DNA of 64,000 bases from the human T2T-CHM13v2.0 reference genome, Homo sapiens: NCBI RefSeq assembly GCF_009914755.1, contig NC_060925.1; one strand, given 5' to 3'. The notes below the pieces were generated by a model that was not told the origin of the DNA, made no database searches, and saw only the letters and a list, made by a program, of their open reading frames with translations. Both the position numbers and the translations under genes were made by a program. This document shows positions 23,973-39,609 of this stretch, piece by piece; position 1 is the stretch's first letter, and every line of letters begins with the position of its first letter.

Positions 23973-26900
23973 GTCGATTTCATTTAGTTCTGCTCTGATC
24001 TTGGTTATTTCCTTTGTTTGCTGGGATTGGGTTTGGCTTGTTCCTGCTTCTCTAGTTCCCTGAGATGTGAACTTAGATTGTCTGTTTGTGCTCTTTCAGA
24101 CTTTTTGACGTAGGTGTTTAGGGCTACAAACTTTCCTCTTCGCACTGCCTTTGCTGTATCCCAGAGGTCTTGATAGGTTGTGTCATCCAGTTCGAAGAAA
24201 TTTTTTACATTTCCATCTTGATTTCATTTTTCACCCAATGCTCATTCAGGAGCAGGTTATTTAATTTCCATGTATTTGCATGGTTTTGAAGATTCCTTTT
24301 GGAGTTGATTTTCAGTTTTATTCCACTGTGATCTGAGAGAGTGCGTGATACAATTTCAATTTTCTTAAATTTATTGAGACTCGTTTTATGGCCTATCATA
24401 TGGTCTATCTTGGAGAAAATTCCATGTGCTGTGGAATAGAATGTGTATTATGTGATTGTTGATGAAATGTTCTGTATATATCTAAGTCCATTAGTTCCAA
24501 AGTATAGTTTAAATCCAGTGTTTCTTTGTTGACTTTCTGTCTTGATGACCTGTCTAGTGCTGTCAGTGGAGTATTGAAGTCCCCCACTATTATTGTGTTG
24601 CTGTCTATCTCATTTCTTATGTCTACTAGTAATTGTTTTATAAATTTGGGAGCTCCGGTGTTAGGTTCATGTATGTTTAGGATTGTCATATTTTTCTGTT
24701 GGATGAGACCTTTACCATTATATACTGTCTGTGTTTGTCTCTTTTAGCTACTGTTGCTTTAAAGTTTGTTTTGTCTCATATGAGAATAGCTACTGCTGCT
24801 CGCTTTTGGTGTCCATTTGCATGAAATGTCTGTTTCTACCACTTTCCTTAAGTTTATGTAAGTCATTATGTGTTAGGTGAGTCTCCTGAAGGCAGCAGAT
24901 AGTTAGTTGGTGAGTTCTTATCCATTCTGTGGTTCTGTATCTTGTAAGTGGAGCATTTAAGCCATTTACAACCAACATTAGTATTAAAAAGTGAGGTACC
25001 ATTGCTTTCATCATGCTCTTTGTTGCCTCTATACTTTGTTTTTTTTTGTTGTTTTTGCTTTTTAACTTGTATTTTTGTTTTATAGCTCTTGTGTGATTTA
25101 TGCTTTAATGAAGTTCTGTTTTGATGTGTTTCCAGAATTTGTTTCATGATTTAGAGCTCCTTTTAGCAGTTCTTACAGTGCTGGTTTGGTAACGGCAAAT
25201 TCTGTCGGCATTTGTTTGTCTGAATATGACTGTATCTTTCCTTCATATATGATGTTTAGTTTTGCTGGATACAAAATTCTTGGCTGATAATTGTTTTGTT
25301 TGAGGAGGCTGAAGAAAGTGCCCCAATCCCATCTAGCTTGTAAAGTTTCTGCTGCAAAATCTGCTGTTAGTTTGATAGGTTTTCCTTTATAGGTTACCTA
25401 GTGCTTCTGTCTCACAGCCCTTAAGATTATTTCCTTTGTCTTAACTTTGGATAACCTAATGACAATGTGCCTAGGCTAAGATCTTTTTGTGATGAATTTC
25501 CCAGGTGTTATTAGTGCTCCTTGTATTTGGATGTCTAGGTCTCTCACAAGGCCACAGAAGTTTTCCTTGATTATTCCCCCAAATACATTTTCCTGGCTTT
25601 TAGAATTCACTTCTTCCTCAGGTACACCAATTAATCTTAGGTTTCATCGTTTAACAGAATGCCAGACTCCTTGGAGGCTTTGCTCATATTTTCTTGTTCT
25701 TTCTTCTTTGTCTTTATTGGATTGGGTTAAATCAAAGACCTTGTCTTCGAATTCTGAATTTCTTTCTTCTACTTGTTCAATTCTATTGCTGAGACTTTCC
25801 AGAGAATTTCACATTTCTAAAAATGCGTCCAAAGTTTCCTGATTTTTTATTATTATTATTATTTTTTATTTAAGCTATTTCCTTGACTGTTTCTCCCTTT
25901 ACTTATTGTATCATTTTTTGGATTTTCTTGCATTGGGCTTCACCTTTCTCTGGCCCCTCCCTGATTAGCTTAATAACTAACCTGAATTCTTTTTCAGATA
26001 AATCAGTGATTTCTTCTTTGTTTGGATCCATTGGTGATGAACTGGTGTGATTATTTGGGGGTTGTTGAAGAGTCTTGTTTTGTCAGATTACCAGGGTTGG
26101 TTTCCTGGTTCCTTCTCATTTAGGTAGACTCTGTCAGAGGAAAGGTCTAGGGCTGAAGACTGTTGTTCAGACTCTTTTGTCACACAGAGTGTTCCCTTGA
26201 TGTAGTACTCTCCCACTTTTCCTATGGGCATGGCTTCCTGTGAGCCAAAGTGCATTGATTGTTGTCTCTCCTCTGGGTCTAGCCACCCAGCAGGTCTACC
26301 TGGCTTTGGGCTGGTACTAGGGGTTGTCTGCATAGAGCCCTGTGATGTGAACCATCTATGGGTCTCTCAGCCATGGATACCGGCGCCTGTTCCAGTGGAG
26401 GTGGTGAAGGGTGCAATAGACTCTGTGAGGGTCCTTAGCTTTAGTGGTTTAATGCTCTATATTTGTGCTGGTTGGCCTCCTGCCAGGAGGTGTTGCTTTC
26501 CAGAAAGCATCAGCTGTAGTAGCATGGAGGAACTGGCAGCGGGCAGGGCCCTAGGACTCCCAAGATTATATGTCCTTTGTCTTCCACTACCAACTTAAAC
26601 ATTTGTGAGAATTTCAATATCAGAAATTTATGTGTAATCGAATTTATTCTGGTAGCCTAAATTCTGGTAGCTTATTTTCTTATATGCTTCAATCTTTATA
26701 ATTTAGTTCTCACATGAGGGAGATCTAATATTGGAAATACTTTCAATCTGTATGTTTATGTATTTATTCTAGTTGTCCTGGCACAAGGTTATCAATGTTG
26801 CTGTGTGACCAGCCATTGGCTTTTCACATTTACAACTCCTCTGAATTTTTTCTTGCCTCATTTCTGGTGCTGGGAAATTCTGATATTTTCTCCTCATCTC

Positions 26901-28964
26901 CATTGTACATTTTAGGGATTCTTGAAACTTGTGATGCACAAACATCCACACCTTCCACATAAGTAAAATATTTTACTTAGATATTTTCTAGCAGACACTG
27001 AGTTCTCATGAGAAATCCTCAGTCTCTTTATTTGGAACACCCCACCCCAGTATTCCATATGGAGTAGTCATGTGTAGAATGTGATTACTTCATTAATATG
27101 TCGAAGTATGGGTACATTTTGAACACATTTGTGAACTTGTAATCCCTTTCTTGATGAATAGTACCTGCGGATGAGCAGAATTGATATTTTCTTTGGAGCA
27201 GTAAGTTAGCACTGGTAGAATCTGTTCTGTAATCCCAGGTCCCTGGGCTCCAGTGTCAATGCTTCCTCCTTAGATCCTCCCTGACCCTGTAAATTTACCT
27301 CAGTCTCTATTTCTTAATCCAATAGCTATTTCAATTGATCTTCAATTACTTTGCATGTGGCCAGATATTATTTATGGGTTATATTCTAATTCACATTTTT
27401 CTGATGTAATTTCAGAGAGCCTAGAAAATATAATAAACTCCTTCTGACAGGTACTTGAGCCTCAGTATTTAAACATGAACAAATGCAGCATCTATTCCCT
27501 ATCATGAGCACTCTTAATGGCAGTTGAGTGTTTATATCAAAAAAAAGTCAGGAATCATAATCATTTAGAGATAAAACAGATCCCAGATCTGAAAAGTCAG
27601 CTAGCTTAGGAGTTTCAAGACTTTAGGATTTCACAAATCAATAAAATTAAAAAGAAAAAAATGTAAGGTTTAACATAGAGATATCACTTAAACAATGACT
27701 ACTATTTTGATAAAAGGACATTCAACGGTAAAGGTGTGGGAAATATAACCTCAGAGATGAAAATGTAATAGCTTGGGCCAAGCTCACTAAGTGTCCTTAT
27801 TTTTGTGTTTCCACCATGGATGGCTGACACTGTCACCTCTGGCATGAGTCCACATCAGCACCCTGGAAATGCCTCCTATAGGGTAATCCTGCAGAAGGCA
27901 CTAGCACCCCCAGACTCGGGCAGACAGCTGGCTAGACAGTGCTGCTGGGAGAGTACTGCCTCTCAAAACCCGTCTCTCTGTACCAGCTGCCCAGTGTTTC
28001 TGTTTCTGCCTACTTGGAGGAACAAAAGCAATCCTGCTCCTCTCCCCAGAGACAGGTAATTATGCCGCATTTTCTTTCCTGTTTCTTACATGACAAGCAC
28101 TCAAAACTTGTCACTCTTTTGGTTCTCTCCAGTGCCCTCCAAACAGTCCATGTTCAAGCCAAAGAGGAATCACTTCTGCTTACCATGTTAACTTTTAAAA
28201 TAGTTAACTGCAGCCTGCATTATGAGGATAGCATGCCAGCATAAGGAAGTTAGCATCATCTAGAGTGACCACAGAAGCTGCATCTGTCCGTGTGACTGGA
28301 CACTGTATATGTCCAGATCTCTGCAAGGAAGAGTCATGTCGTACTTTAGAGTATGACTGAGTCACACTCAGAGGGAAGTGATTCCCACAAGCAGCTCCCA
28401 GCCAGTAACTGAGCTTGGCATGGATACTGAGGCAGGCCCCTTCCTGGGAGAAATGGGACTCCAGAAGTCCTGGACCCTCTCTACTTCTTTTTATACCTGC
28501 TTACAATTTAGCCAATTCTTTTCTGAGCTCATCTCTTTCTTACAGTAGTGACCAAGGGATGTTACTAACGTTCAGTTTCCCCATCTTTTCACCTTAAGCT
28601 TCAAGTTCCTTCAGCACATCATCCGCCCTTCAAGTTATTCCTACAACAGCTTTACCAAATATTTCACCACTGCATAACATAGATTACCATCTTTCCAACC
28701 CTCAGTAACGGTTCTCTTGCTGACTGCCATCTGGCCCTAGAGCCACATATTTTAGGGTTTGTGTTTTGGCTGCTCCCCACTCCTGGTACCATAACACCAT
28801 CTATCAAATCTACCTGTAGATCATGAAATTACATAGGGCTTCACCAAAACTGCTATGGAGGTGGGGAGAGGGACAATTGGAATGGAGCTCAGAAAGCTGC
28901 ACTTGCAGAGTCATTTATGTAAGACTGTGAGTGTGCTGCCGGTCCACATCAGAGGATGGGGACT

Positions 28965-29337
28965 ACCATGGTCTGAATGTCTGTGTCTCTCCAAATTTCA
29001 TATGTGGAAACTTAATCAAGGTGATAGTTTTAAGAGGTGGGGCATTTAGGAGCTGATTAAGGCATTTGGACAGAGCCCTTCTGAATGGGATTAATGACCT
29101 TATAAAAGAAATGAAGATGAACAAATGACCCCTTCCACCACATGAGGACATAGCAAGAAGGTACCATCTTAAAGCAGAGAGCAAGCCCTCACCAAGACAC
29201 TGAATCTGCAGATGCCTTGATCTTAGACTTCCCAGCCTCTGACACTGCAAAAAATAAATAAATAAATAAACTTCTATTGTTTATAAATTACCCAATCTAA
29301 GGTATTTTGTTTTAGCGGCTCAAAGGAACTAAGACAA
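28965..29337 (+). mobile_element. MLT1A-type MaLR LTR
   Basis: atggtctgaatgtctgtgtc...gacttcccagcctc...aaattacccaatctaaggtattttg...actaagaca. Confidence 0.85.
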
Positions 29338-31549
29338 AGGTCATGGAGACCATAGGGTGAGTCTCAAGACTTCCCCCAGCTCTACTTGGCTGGTCTCCTG
29401 CTGGTATTTTCCATCTGTAGAGAGGAAAAAGAACTCCCATTTTACCTTGCTTACCTGCACTTATGAAAAGTCAAACTGAGTCATGTTGAGAGCCAGGGAA
29501 CATAGGAGTCGGTTCTTCAGCAGGAGCACTCAGCTAGTTGAAGGCAATGTGGAGTGATGGGAAGAGAGCAGTGATGCAGTGATTCTGGCACCAACTCCTT
29601 TACTATGGCATCCATTGTACCAGCTGACATACACCTGGCTACTTCTACACCTTATCTCTAATCACTCCAGAATACGTATTAGTTTCCCCATCTTCTAGAA
29701 AGGAAAACTCAGACCCAGAGACACTAAGCAAGTAGCTCAAGATCACACACGTTATCTGTGATTAAGCCTCAGTTAGAACTGGAGTCTTGGATTTCCACAT
29801 TTATACCCTTTTCATGAAGCTACCTAACTTTGATCCTCAAGTTTTCCCATCTATAGCATGGGACTGCTGGACTAGAAATCTCTAAGTCCCCTTTACCTCT
29901 TGAATTCTGTGTCTCTAAGGATGAGAATAACAAAACTCCTTTGCCTCTAGCACTTTCCAACTCAAAGCCCTATCACTCTCATTACATCTAATCACTGCAG
30001 CCAGAAGCATTAAATAAAATGGAAGGACTGACATTGGGAGTGGGCGAGGCAGAGAAGTTGGGGGCGTGGAGAAACAGCTCTTTTTACATAATGATTGCTA
30101 CTATGATTTGGTTATAAATAACCAGTGAAGACAATCAGGCTTTTCTGGCAGTCCCTAATTGTAGTGAATGTTGGAATACAGTGACCACCCAAATGCTCTA
30201 GACTGATTGGGAAGGTGCCACTTCTAAATCAGCTGGGCTAAGTGCATTGCATAAGCTGAGTATTTAGCTTAATGATTAGAGCCAGTTGACGAAACACAAG
30301 AATATGGAAGCCTCCTGCTACTTCTCAGAAGATAAGACAATGGCATTCCACCACCAGTGTTTACTGTGGTACCCAAAGGGAGCTCCAGTTACTTCCCTCT
30401 GTGCCTATAACCCTTGGATCACCTGGTTGCACCAGACTCATCCTGACTAAAATCCCTCCAAAGGACCAAAGAGGAGATACGGACAAAAATAAAAAATAAA
30501 TCTCATCTGCTCTCTTTCCTAAGGACCCAGCAGCCTCTATCCATCCGTCGTTCATTCACTCATTCCACACACTTTCATCTAGCCCCTGCTGAATGCCAAG
30601 CACTGGGCTGGAACTCTGGGGACTGTGGAGGTGGAATAGGAGAATATGGGCTTTCTGTGAGCAGTGATTGCCTAAAATATATACATCAAGGTTGTAGGAT
30701 CATGTGCACCACTGCACTCTAGCCGGGGTGACAGAGTGAGACCCTGTCTCAGAAAAATAAAAAAAAAATTGTAGGATCATGGAGAAAGTGTCTTAAGTGT
30801 TTGGTGCTGTGGACAGGCAACACAGGCAGAAACTGGTGGCTAGGGAATCAGAGAAGTTTTCAGGAGGGAGCATTTGACTTGGGCTTGAACTGAGCATCAT
30901 AGGGCAATATAGAAACAAGTTTATGGATAATTCACTGAATTGGTGGCAGTTTATAACTTGAGTCTTCCTTCAGATGATTGAAGTTAGTAGCCCAGCTATG
31001 AAAGTCTAGGTTACAGATGTCTCAGCCACAGCTTGCATATATATGGATGAGGTTCATACATATGCAGACTTGGGCTCCTGCCAAGATATGAGAGTTTTGG
31101 TCAGTCTCTGTCTCAATTCTAATGTCTCTGCCTACATACCTGAGTCCAGAGTTGTCATGCAAAGAACAGAACCCTGGAACAATCACACAAGGATTTGGTA
31201 CTAGGCTTAGCCATTTTCTAGCCATGGGGACAAAAGAAAATTACTGAACCTCTCTGAGTCCCAGTTTATTTGTCTATAAAATAGGGATAGTGATACTGGG
31301 GTTACAAGGAAATTGTGAGAATTAAAATAGTTCAGGAGAGGTTAAGTTGTCCTGGGGCCACCTTTGTCATTGCAGTGACCACACTCTGTAGTGAGGGCAC
31401 CCTTGAGAGCAGACAGCAGAGCTGCTATGTGATTCATCTCTAGAATCCATGATTCTTGGAACACTTCCTGAGAGCTATTAGGCATTCAAGAAATGTTAAT
31501 GGTAGATCATAGCATAATGGTAGATCATAGTATTGTGATAGATCATAGT

Positions 31550-31990
31550 ATTGTATTATTGTTCAGCAAACATCTGTTTTCCCTCCTTTCAATGGAAGTG
31601 GTGTACCTCCCCACCCCACTGACATTGGGCTTAGCCATGTGACTTGCTTCAGCTAATGGAATGTGGGTGACTCAGTGAATGCCACATCCAAGCAGAGGCG
31701 TTAAATATTCCTGCATGGCCTCTGGTGATCCTGTCCTCCAGCATGAGATGAACATGCTTCAGATAGCTGCTGCTACTCCCCTGGATCCTCTTCTGAGAGC
31801 CAAGTGAAGCAAATAGGAACCCAATTCACCACCCAGATCCAGGCCCATCTGAATCTAGCCAGCCCAGAAGAGCCCTGTAGAACCACAGCTGACCTATGGA
31901 AATGAGAAGTAAATGTTTGTTGTTGTTAGCATTGAGATTTGGGGATTACTTTTTATGTGGCATCATCACAACAAAGCCTGACTAATATAT
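31550..31990 (+). mobile_element. MLT1 (I/J-like) LTR
   Basis: ttgggcttagccatgtgacttgcttcagctaatggaatgtggg...aaatgtttgttgttgttagcattgagatttgggg. Confidence 0.7.
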
Positions 31991-32449
31991 TGTATAAAGT
32001 TAATTGAGTACTAACAACATGCCAGGTATTGTTCTAAGTCCTTTATATAAAGAATCCCATCTAATCGTTACAGCACTGCATAAGGAGGTATCATAAGTAT
32101 CTCCATTCAGCTGATTAGAATTGAGGCATCTGGTCAATCCCCTTCATGTTATTCCTCCTCACTTCCTGCATCCGAATGAACCAAGCCTCCTGTGTTCATT
32201 AGAACCACAGACCAAGCCTGCTGGAGAAAGACAGGGTTATGAAGATGGGAATGAATTGGCAAACAGCTTTGGGATGACAATGTTAAGGCCAGGCAAATGC
32301 TCTCAGTAACCTCAAATGAGTGTTGATGTTCATGAAGCCTGCTCAAAAAAGACACAGAAATTGACGTCTTTTATCTGAGGACCCTTCCTTAGCCTCAGGA
32401 CTTAAGGCTATGGGAGCATGAGCCACATAACCATGAGAGGCAGGGGGTT

Positions 32450-32680
32450 CAGTGAGAAGAATAAGCTCAAGAGTCTCACCTGTGGGTCAGAATCTCAGCT
32501 GTGCCACACATACTGTGTGATCTTGAGCAAATCACCAAACCTCTCTATTCCTCATTTTTGTCACCTGTAAAGTGGGACTATTACTTGTACCTACATCCTG
32601 GATTTGTTGGGACAGTAAATGAGTTAGTGTTCCCAAGGTGCTTAACACAGAGCCTTTGCATGCAGCAAGCACCCAGTCAA
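32450..32680 (+). mobile_element. MIR SINE
   Basis: ctgtgtgatcttgagcaaatcac...ctgtaaagtgggac core. Confidence 0.75.
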
Positions 32681-33256
32681 TGCCCATGACCATGGCCCCC
32701 TGCTCATGCTGCTCTTTTGTTCCCCCTGAGGTCTTTTGGGGACAGAGAGTGTGAAAATGCCCTCTACCCACACAAGGAAACAGGACTCAGGGACAGAGGA
32801 CCTGTGCCCTGACCAAGGCAATGCATCCCTCACCATATATGCAGTGGTGCATCCTTTCCTGTTGCCTTTTGGATCAGCAATTAAGGCTTTAGTCTTTTTT
32901 GTTGGTGTGCAAAGGTATTTTCTTAATGGCCCTGCAGCCCAGCCATCACAAAAATGCTTTCCAGCTCTCAGGGAGAACATTTCTGATGCATGCTGAATCC
33001 AGAATTCAAATGAAGCAAAACAAAGGCACCAGGGGCTCTTATGAGACAGAGTGACTCAAAATAGAGGGAATGTGGGGACTTGGGGCATAAGATTGATCAT
33101 GAATCACCAAATAGAAAAACCTTGGGATGGCTTTCAAGAAAAATCCTCCTTGAAGTTTTAACTTTCACCTACAAGCAAGTTTTCTCACTGCTCTGTACAG
33201 CAGGGTAAGGACAGCAGCCTCACAGCATCAGTCTGAGGATAGAATGGGTTAATGCA

Positions 33257-33622
<366 letters not shown>

Positions 33623-33974
33623 TCAGTGTTGGCTATCATCTTTGGTGATGTTGGTCCCAAACCCAGACCTCTGCTCTTGTCCTCGGCTCATACACCCACC
33701 TGTATAGCCCATATGCACTTTAAACATGAGTCCAAAATGGAATCCAAAATATTAGATGCCCTCGTTGCCACCACCAGGTTTGCTTTCCTCTCAAGCCACT
33801 GAGGGATCCATAGAAGCAGAGACCATGATGAGAACCCATCTTTAACTCTGGGTCGCTAGCACAGGGGCAGAGTAGGCAGTCACTACATCTTCAGAGCTTG
33901 TGAGTTTTATTTTGCTTTGTTTTGCAATCTGTCATCCTCACACTCTTACTATATAAGACAGTGCCTAGCCAGAC

Positions 33975-34490
33975 AAGCATAGGTTTAAATCTCCACCTTG
34001 TCATTTCTTAGCTGTGTGACCCTGAGCGACAAGCTTGAGTTTTCTGAGCCTCAGCACCTTCAGCTGTACAGTGAGAATGAACAGACCTCCTCACAAGGCT
34101 GCTATAAAGAATTAACGAGGCTGGGCATGGTGGCTCCCACCTGCAATCCTAGCACTTGAGGCCGAGGTGGGTGGATCACCTGAAGTCAGGAGTTCGAGAC
34201 CAGCCTGACCAACATGGTGAAACCCCGTCTCTACTAATAATACAAAAAATTAGCCGGGCATGGTGGTGGGCGCCTGTAATCCCAGCTACTCGGGAGGCTG
34301 AGGCAGGAGAATCGCTTGAAACCAAAACCGGGTGGCAGAGAGAGGATGCAGTGAGCCAAGATTGCACCACTGCACTCCAGCCTGGGTGACAAGAGTGAAA
34401 TTCCATCTCAAAAAAAAAAAAAAGGAATTAATGAGATCACTCCACACAAATCCTAATGTGGCATCTGATACAGGGTGAGTTCTAGTAAAT
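33975..34490 (+). mobile_element. MIR split by an AluS insertion (Alu 34119-34422)
   Basis: MIR core at 33975-34118 continues after the Alu. TSD a(a/g)gaattaa(c/t)ga. Confidence 0.8.
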
Positions 34491-35491
34491 GAGCATTTTT
34501 TACACTCAAGATGTAAGAGTGATGGTTTCATTATTAGAGATGAGAGAACCAAATTAATAAACGTTTAATCATGTACTTAAAATCACACAACTGGGACTCA
34601 TAACCAAGCCCTTTTCTTCCTGGTCTGATGTTCATTCCTTGTTGTCTGAAATGTCAAATCATTTTACCAGAATAGCAGGGGAGAGAGGGACAGAAAGTTG
34701 CTTAAATTATTGATTTTGTTTTAGCAGCCTCTCATCCTGCAAGAGGGGCTTGCAGTAACAAAGGCCTGGCACCTTTGAGTTTGTTTTTGGTCCATTTTTT
34801 AAATCTTCATTCCCTTTAGCTCTTGTTGAAAATGGCTTCCTGCCACTTTGCACAGAAAAATCTCTTTCATGAAATACCAAAACCAAACAAAAAACAGGCC
34901 TTCGAAATGCTGTTTTGCCTCCTCCTAAGAGCTAACATTTGCCAGTTGTAATTAACATTCCTTTCGCTTCTTTCAACAGAAAATCAATCAGGGCCCTAAA
35001 ATCCCTGCACATCTGTATTTAATCCACAAATAATTCAACAATGTTCTATCTTAATGGTGTATTGTGAGAAAAGCATAAATGTCATCAACTTCTTTTACGT
35101 GGAAAGAACAATAGGTCATGAACTTGTTTGTGCTCCTGATGTCCTTTAGAAATGGATTCCTAAGGACCAGGAGTGTTCTCCCCACCGACGGTGCACAGTG
35201 CCACAGCAAGGACAGTCAACTGGGAGTTGGGAGACCTGGACTTCAGTTCACACCACTTTGCTGGGGTACTTGGGCAAGTCCCTCAGGGCCTCAATTTCTG
35301 CATCTGCACAATATGGGGAGTGGTCAACATGATTTCCAAAGTCTCTAGCCAGATTTCAAATTTGTTTACAGCACACAGAAAATTGCTAAAGAGAAAAAAC
35401 TATAGTGGCCATTTCTGTTCAGGCTGCAAAATCTTGTGCACTATTTACATATTTAGGTATGAACTGTCTCAAAGGGTCTTTCATTTAAAAA

Positions 35492-35803
<312 letters not shown>

Positions 35804-36086
35804 AAATGAAGGTGGAGATAGTTCTTTGTGAAGACACATGTGTGTACTTATTTGTGCACTTGTGTGCTTGCAATTGCATCTTGGGCACATGTGTATTGTG
35901 GAGGCATCTGTGTGCCTGTGGAGTGTGTATACATAAGTACCTGATGTATGTTTGGCTGCAGAGGCACAGAAGGTCAGCAACAGCAGGTGGCTGCATGCAG
36001 GGGCACTAATAATTACTCATTTTATACAAACTGTTTAGCAACAATGTTAGCTATTCTACTGCTGACTTTACGAACAGAGAAAATGT

Positions 36087-36387
36087 GGCCGGACACAATG
36101 GCTCCTACCTGTAATCCTAGCACTTTGTAGGGGCTGAGGCAGAAGAAGCCCTTGAGCTCAGGAGTTTGAGACCAACCTGGGTGACGTAGTGCGACCTAGT
36201 CTCTAATAAAAATTAAAAAAAAAAAAAAAACTATCCAGGTGTGGTGGCGCATGCCTATAATCCCAGCTACTTGGTAGGCTGTAGCAGGAGGATCACCAGA
36301 GCCCAAGAGTTTCAGGCTGCAGTGAACCATGATTGCTCCACTTCACTCTAGCCTGGATGACAGAGCAGGACCCTGTCCCCCTGCCAC

Positions 36388-36420
<33 letters not shown>
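36087..36420 (+). mobile_element. AluJ-like element
   Basis: Sense Alu with cttgagctcaggagtttgagacc and a GAAAA tail. Confidence 0.88.
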
Positions 36421-36642
36421 CATAGAATAGAAAACGTCTCCTGGTTTGCATCCTGGAATAGAGAAATGAGCACAGGCTTTCAAATCAAACAGTAGTGATT
36501 CATATCCTGCCCCTGGCACTCACCCAGCATCTCTGAACCTGAATATTTTCATCCAGGTTGACTTAAGGATGAAATGGAAAAAGATTTACAAAGTACCTGG
36601 GGCATAGCAAAGGATTCAATAAATGTTCTCTCCCTTTTCTTC

Positions 36643-37480
36643 TATATTAGTTATCTATTGCTAAATAACAAATTAACCCAGAACTTAGCAGCTTAAAACA
36701 GCAAGTGTTTTTCTGATAGTGTCTATGAGTCAGGAGCCCAGGCAAAGCTTCGCTGGGTCTTCTGGCTCACAGTCTCCCAAAGGCCGCAATCAAGGAGTAA
36801 TATAAGGCTATGGTCTCATCTGAAGGCTCAACTGAGGGATGCTTCCTTTCCAAGCTCACTCATGTGATTATTAGCAGGTTCAGGTTTTGGCTGACTCTTG
36901 GTCAGACACTCCCCCAGCCTCTGGTTTCTTGCTACTGGGCCTCTTCATAGAACACCCACAACATGGCTGCTGGCTTCCATCAGAACAAGAAAGCAAGAGA
37001 GCAAGAGAGGGTGAGCAGGATGGAAGTCATTTTCTTTTTGTAACTTCTCAGAGGTGCTGTTCATCAGTTTCACCATATTGTGTTTGTTAGGAACAAGACA
37101 TTAGGTTCAGCCAAGATATAAGGGAGTGGAGAGGATTATACAAGGGCATGAATACCAGGAGACATGGATCACTGGAGGCCATCTTAGGGGCTGCTGGGAA
37201 GCCTGTCCTCCAGCCCCCAGTGATTCACATCCTCCACCCCATGCAAAATACACTTGTGTCCTGCCAAGATCCCTAAAAATCTCCTCCCCCTTCAGCATCA
37301 ACTAAAGTTCAGAATCTCATCAAATCAGGTATTGGGGTGGGGACTTCTTGAGAATGACTAGTCACATGCAGCTCCTAGAGTACAGTTCCTCTCTCTCTGA
37401 GAGCCTGTGAAACTAGAGAGACACAGTATCTGCTTCCATACGCCTAGCATTAAATGGTATAACAGGCATGGGTTAGCTCT
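36643..37480 (-). mobile_element. MLT1F/G-type LTR with adjoining MaLR internal fragment
   Basis: tattagttatctattgct...aacttagcagcttaaaaca...catgaataccaggag...ggatcactggaggccatcttag. Confidence 0.75.
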
Positions 37481-39609
37481 ATATCTGTCTCCTTTTTCTC
37501 TAGATGTTTGATGAGACAAGTATTTTAATTTTGTATTCCACTAATTTATTCATTCAACAAATACTTATTAGGTACTGACTATAGACTCTATTTATTTTGC
37601 ATTCCCATTTTGCCAACAAGGAATCTGAGAATCAGAGGCAAAATATTACAGCTTGGCCCACTGAATTATTTTTTCTTCTCTGAAAGGACCTCTAGGATTC
37701 TCCATCAATGAGGACTTTCTAGTCACAGCTGCAGTGAGGTTTGAGTTTAGCTGATTAGACCATCAACCACAAAGACTACACATTCAAATACTTTTATGTG
37801 GCAGAATATCTAAGAATAATTCAAGCTAATAAAAGATCTAGAGAATAATTAGATATATTCATTGTTAATAAGAGCCCATTTAATATTGTAGCAAAGGCAA
37901 GATCAGGGCAGGGTCAAGGCAGATAATTTTCAAACATGCCTAATGATAGTGTAGACCAATGGTGTTTTTCAATTGTGGCTATATACATTCTAACACATTC
38001 AATTTTTTTTAAAAAGTGAAGCTTAGGTCCTATTCCTTAGAAATTCAGATTTAACTAATTTGGAGTGGGCCCCAGACATCAATATTTTAACTTTCAAGTG
38101 GTTCTAGGAAAGACAGGTTTAGGGGCTGTGGAGAGACACAGAATGGCAAGTACTTAGAACATTCACACATCCCCCACCTCCCAAGCTCCTAACAGAAATC
38201 ATTTATTAGCCAGTCCCCTCAATGTCATTGGTTGGAATGCAATTGTGTAGTCTTTCTCATCCCAGGACTCCAGGCAGCCCCTACCCATGAAGCCAAGTTG
38301 ACATATGAATGAAGGCATATGTGTTAGCCCTGACAAGCCACACTGGGCATGCTTTCCCAAACCTACAAATTATCAAGGGTGTAGAAAAATAGAGCCCTCT
38401 CCATGCTGAGCAGATCTCACTCATGTAGACAACTGAGGTCTAATTACCCATTGGAAATGGCCATTGGAAGAGCACAGGAAAAGGTCCAAGATGGAGAGGG
38501 AATTTACAGCCAAGTCTGATAATGGTTTCAGAACCTCAAAATACTTCACCTGGAGAGGACCCATGGGCAATATACATGAAGGAGCTCTCCTCTTCCTGAG
38601 TCCCTCCAAAGAGTTGTGTAAAGCCCAAAAGGGGGGCTCTCCAGGAGTAGATGCTCTTCAAATCCCACTTCTATCCCTTACTAGAAGTATAACCTGGCTT
38701 GCTATTGAGCCTCTCTCAGCCTCCTTTTCCAAATGAGGACAATGGTGCCTATGTCACAAGAATATTGCAGTGATTCCATGAGAAGATGTATACAAAGCAC
38801 CTTGCCCAATAGATAGTCAACAAATACTGGTTGTCACCTTTATTCTGTCAGTGTTGGTGGAGTGCTGGTACTCATAGTTCACTAAGAGTTTTTAGGACAG
38901 CAATGATCTTAGAAGAGAATCAGATCAAAGTTCTGAGTGTTTTCCCTGGAACTGGCATTGTATTATTAATATCCTACAAATGGGAGACATGTATCCCCTG
39001 GTCTCATACCTGGAATATCAAAATGGTACTTCATTAACAGTGTCAAAGCAAAAGTCTGATGGCTCTGCCTGCTCTTGTGAGTAGGGGTACTCATATTCCC
39101 TTTAAGCCCTTCCCCCAAATTGGCCTAGAGGTCCAGGGGGTTCCACATGGGCTCAACATTCTCTGATTAACTCTCCCCTCATATCAACAACTTCCTCCTA
39201 TCAAGCTTGACATCTTGTGCTATTTCTTCCTATTCTAGGTGTAGGCAAGTCTAGTTTGCTCTTCAGCTACTCTATCCCTCTCCTGCATATTGACTCTTGA
39301 ATTCTTGATCCCTAGTAGCTTCTCACACTGTCTGTAAAATGGAGCATGGAACCACTACATAGAAACAGGAAGGTTCTGCCCTGTACTCTCAGCTCTTAAG
39401 GGCACAGTCACAAGAAGACCATTTTTAAATTCTCATTGTGTAACACCCTTACACATTCCACATGCATCATAGCACATAACTCTGACAATAAACTACAAGG
39501 TAAGCAACTAATTATTCCCTTTTTAATATTTTTTAAACCTAGGAAGGTAACTTAATCTCTTTGACTTCCAGTTCTCATGAACTAGAACATTAGAGAATCA
39601 AGATTTGAA

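Noticed and set aside
23669-23987. PolyQ/polyC/polyV ORFs
   Set aside because: Translations of a (TTG)n microsatellite within a dead L1 ORF2.
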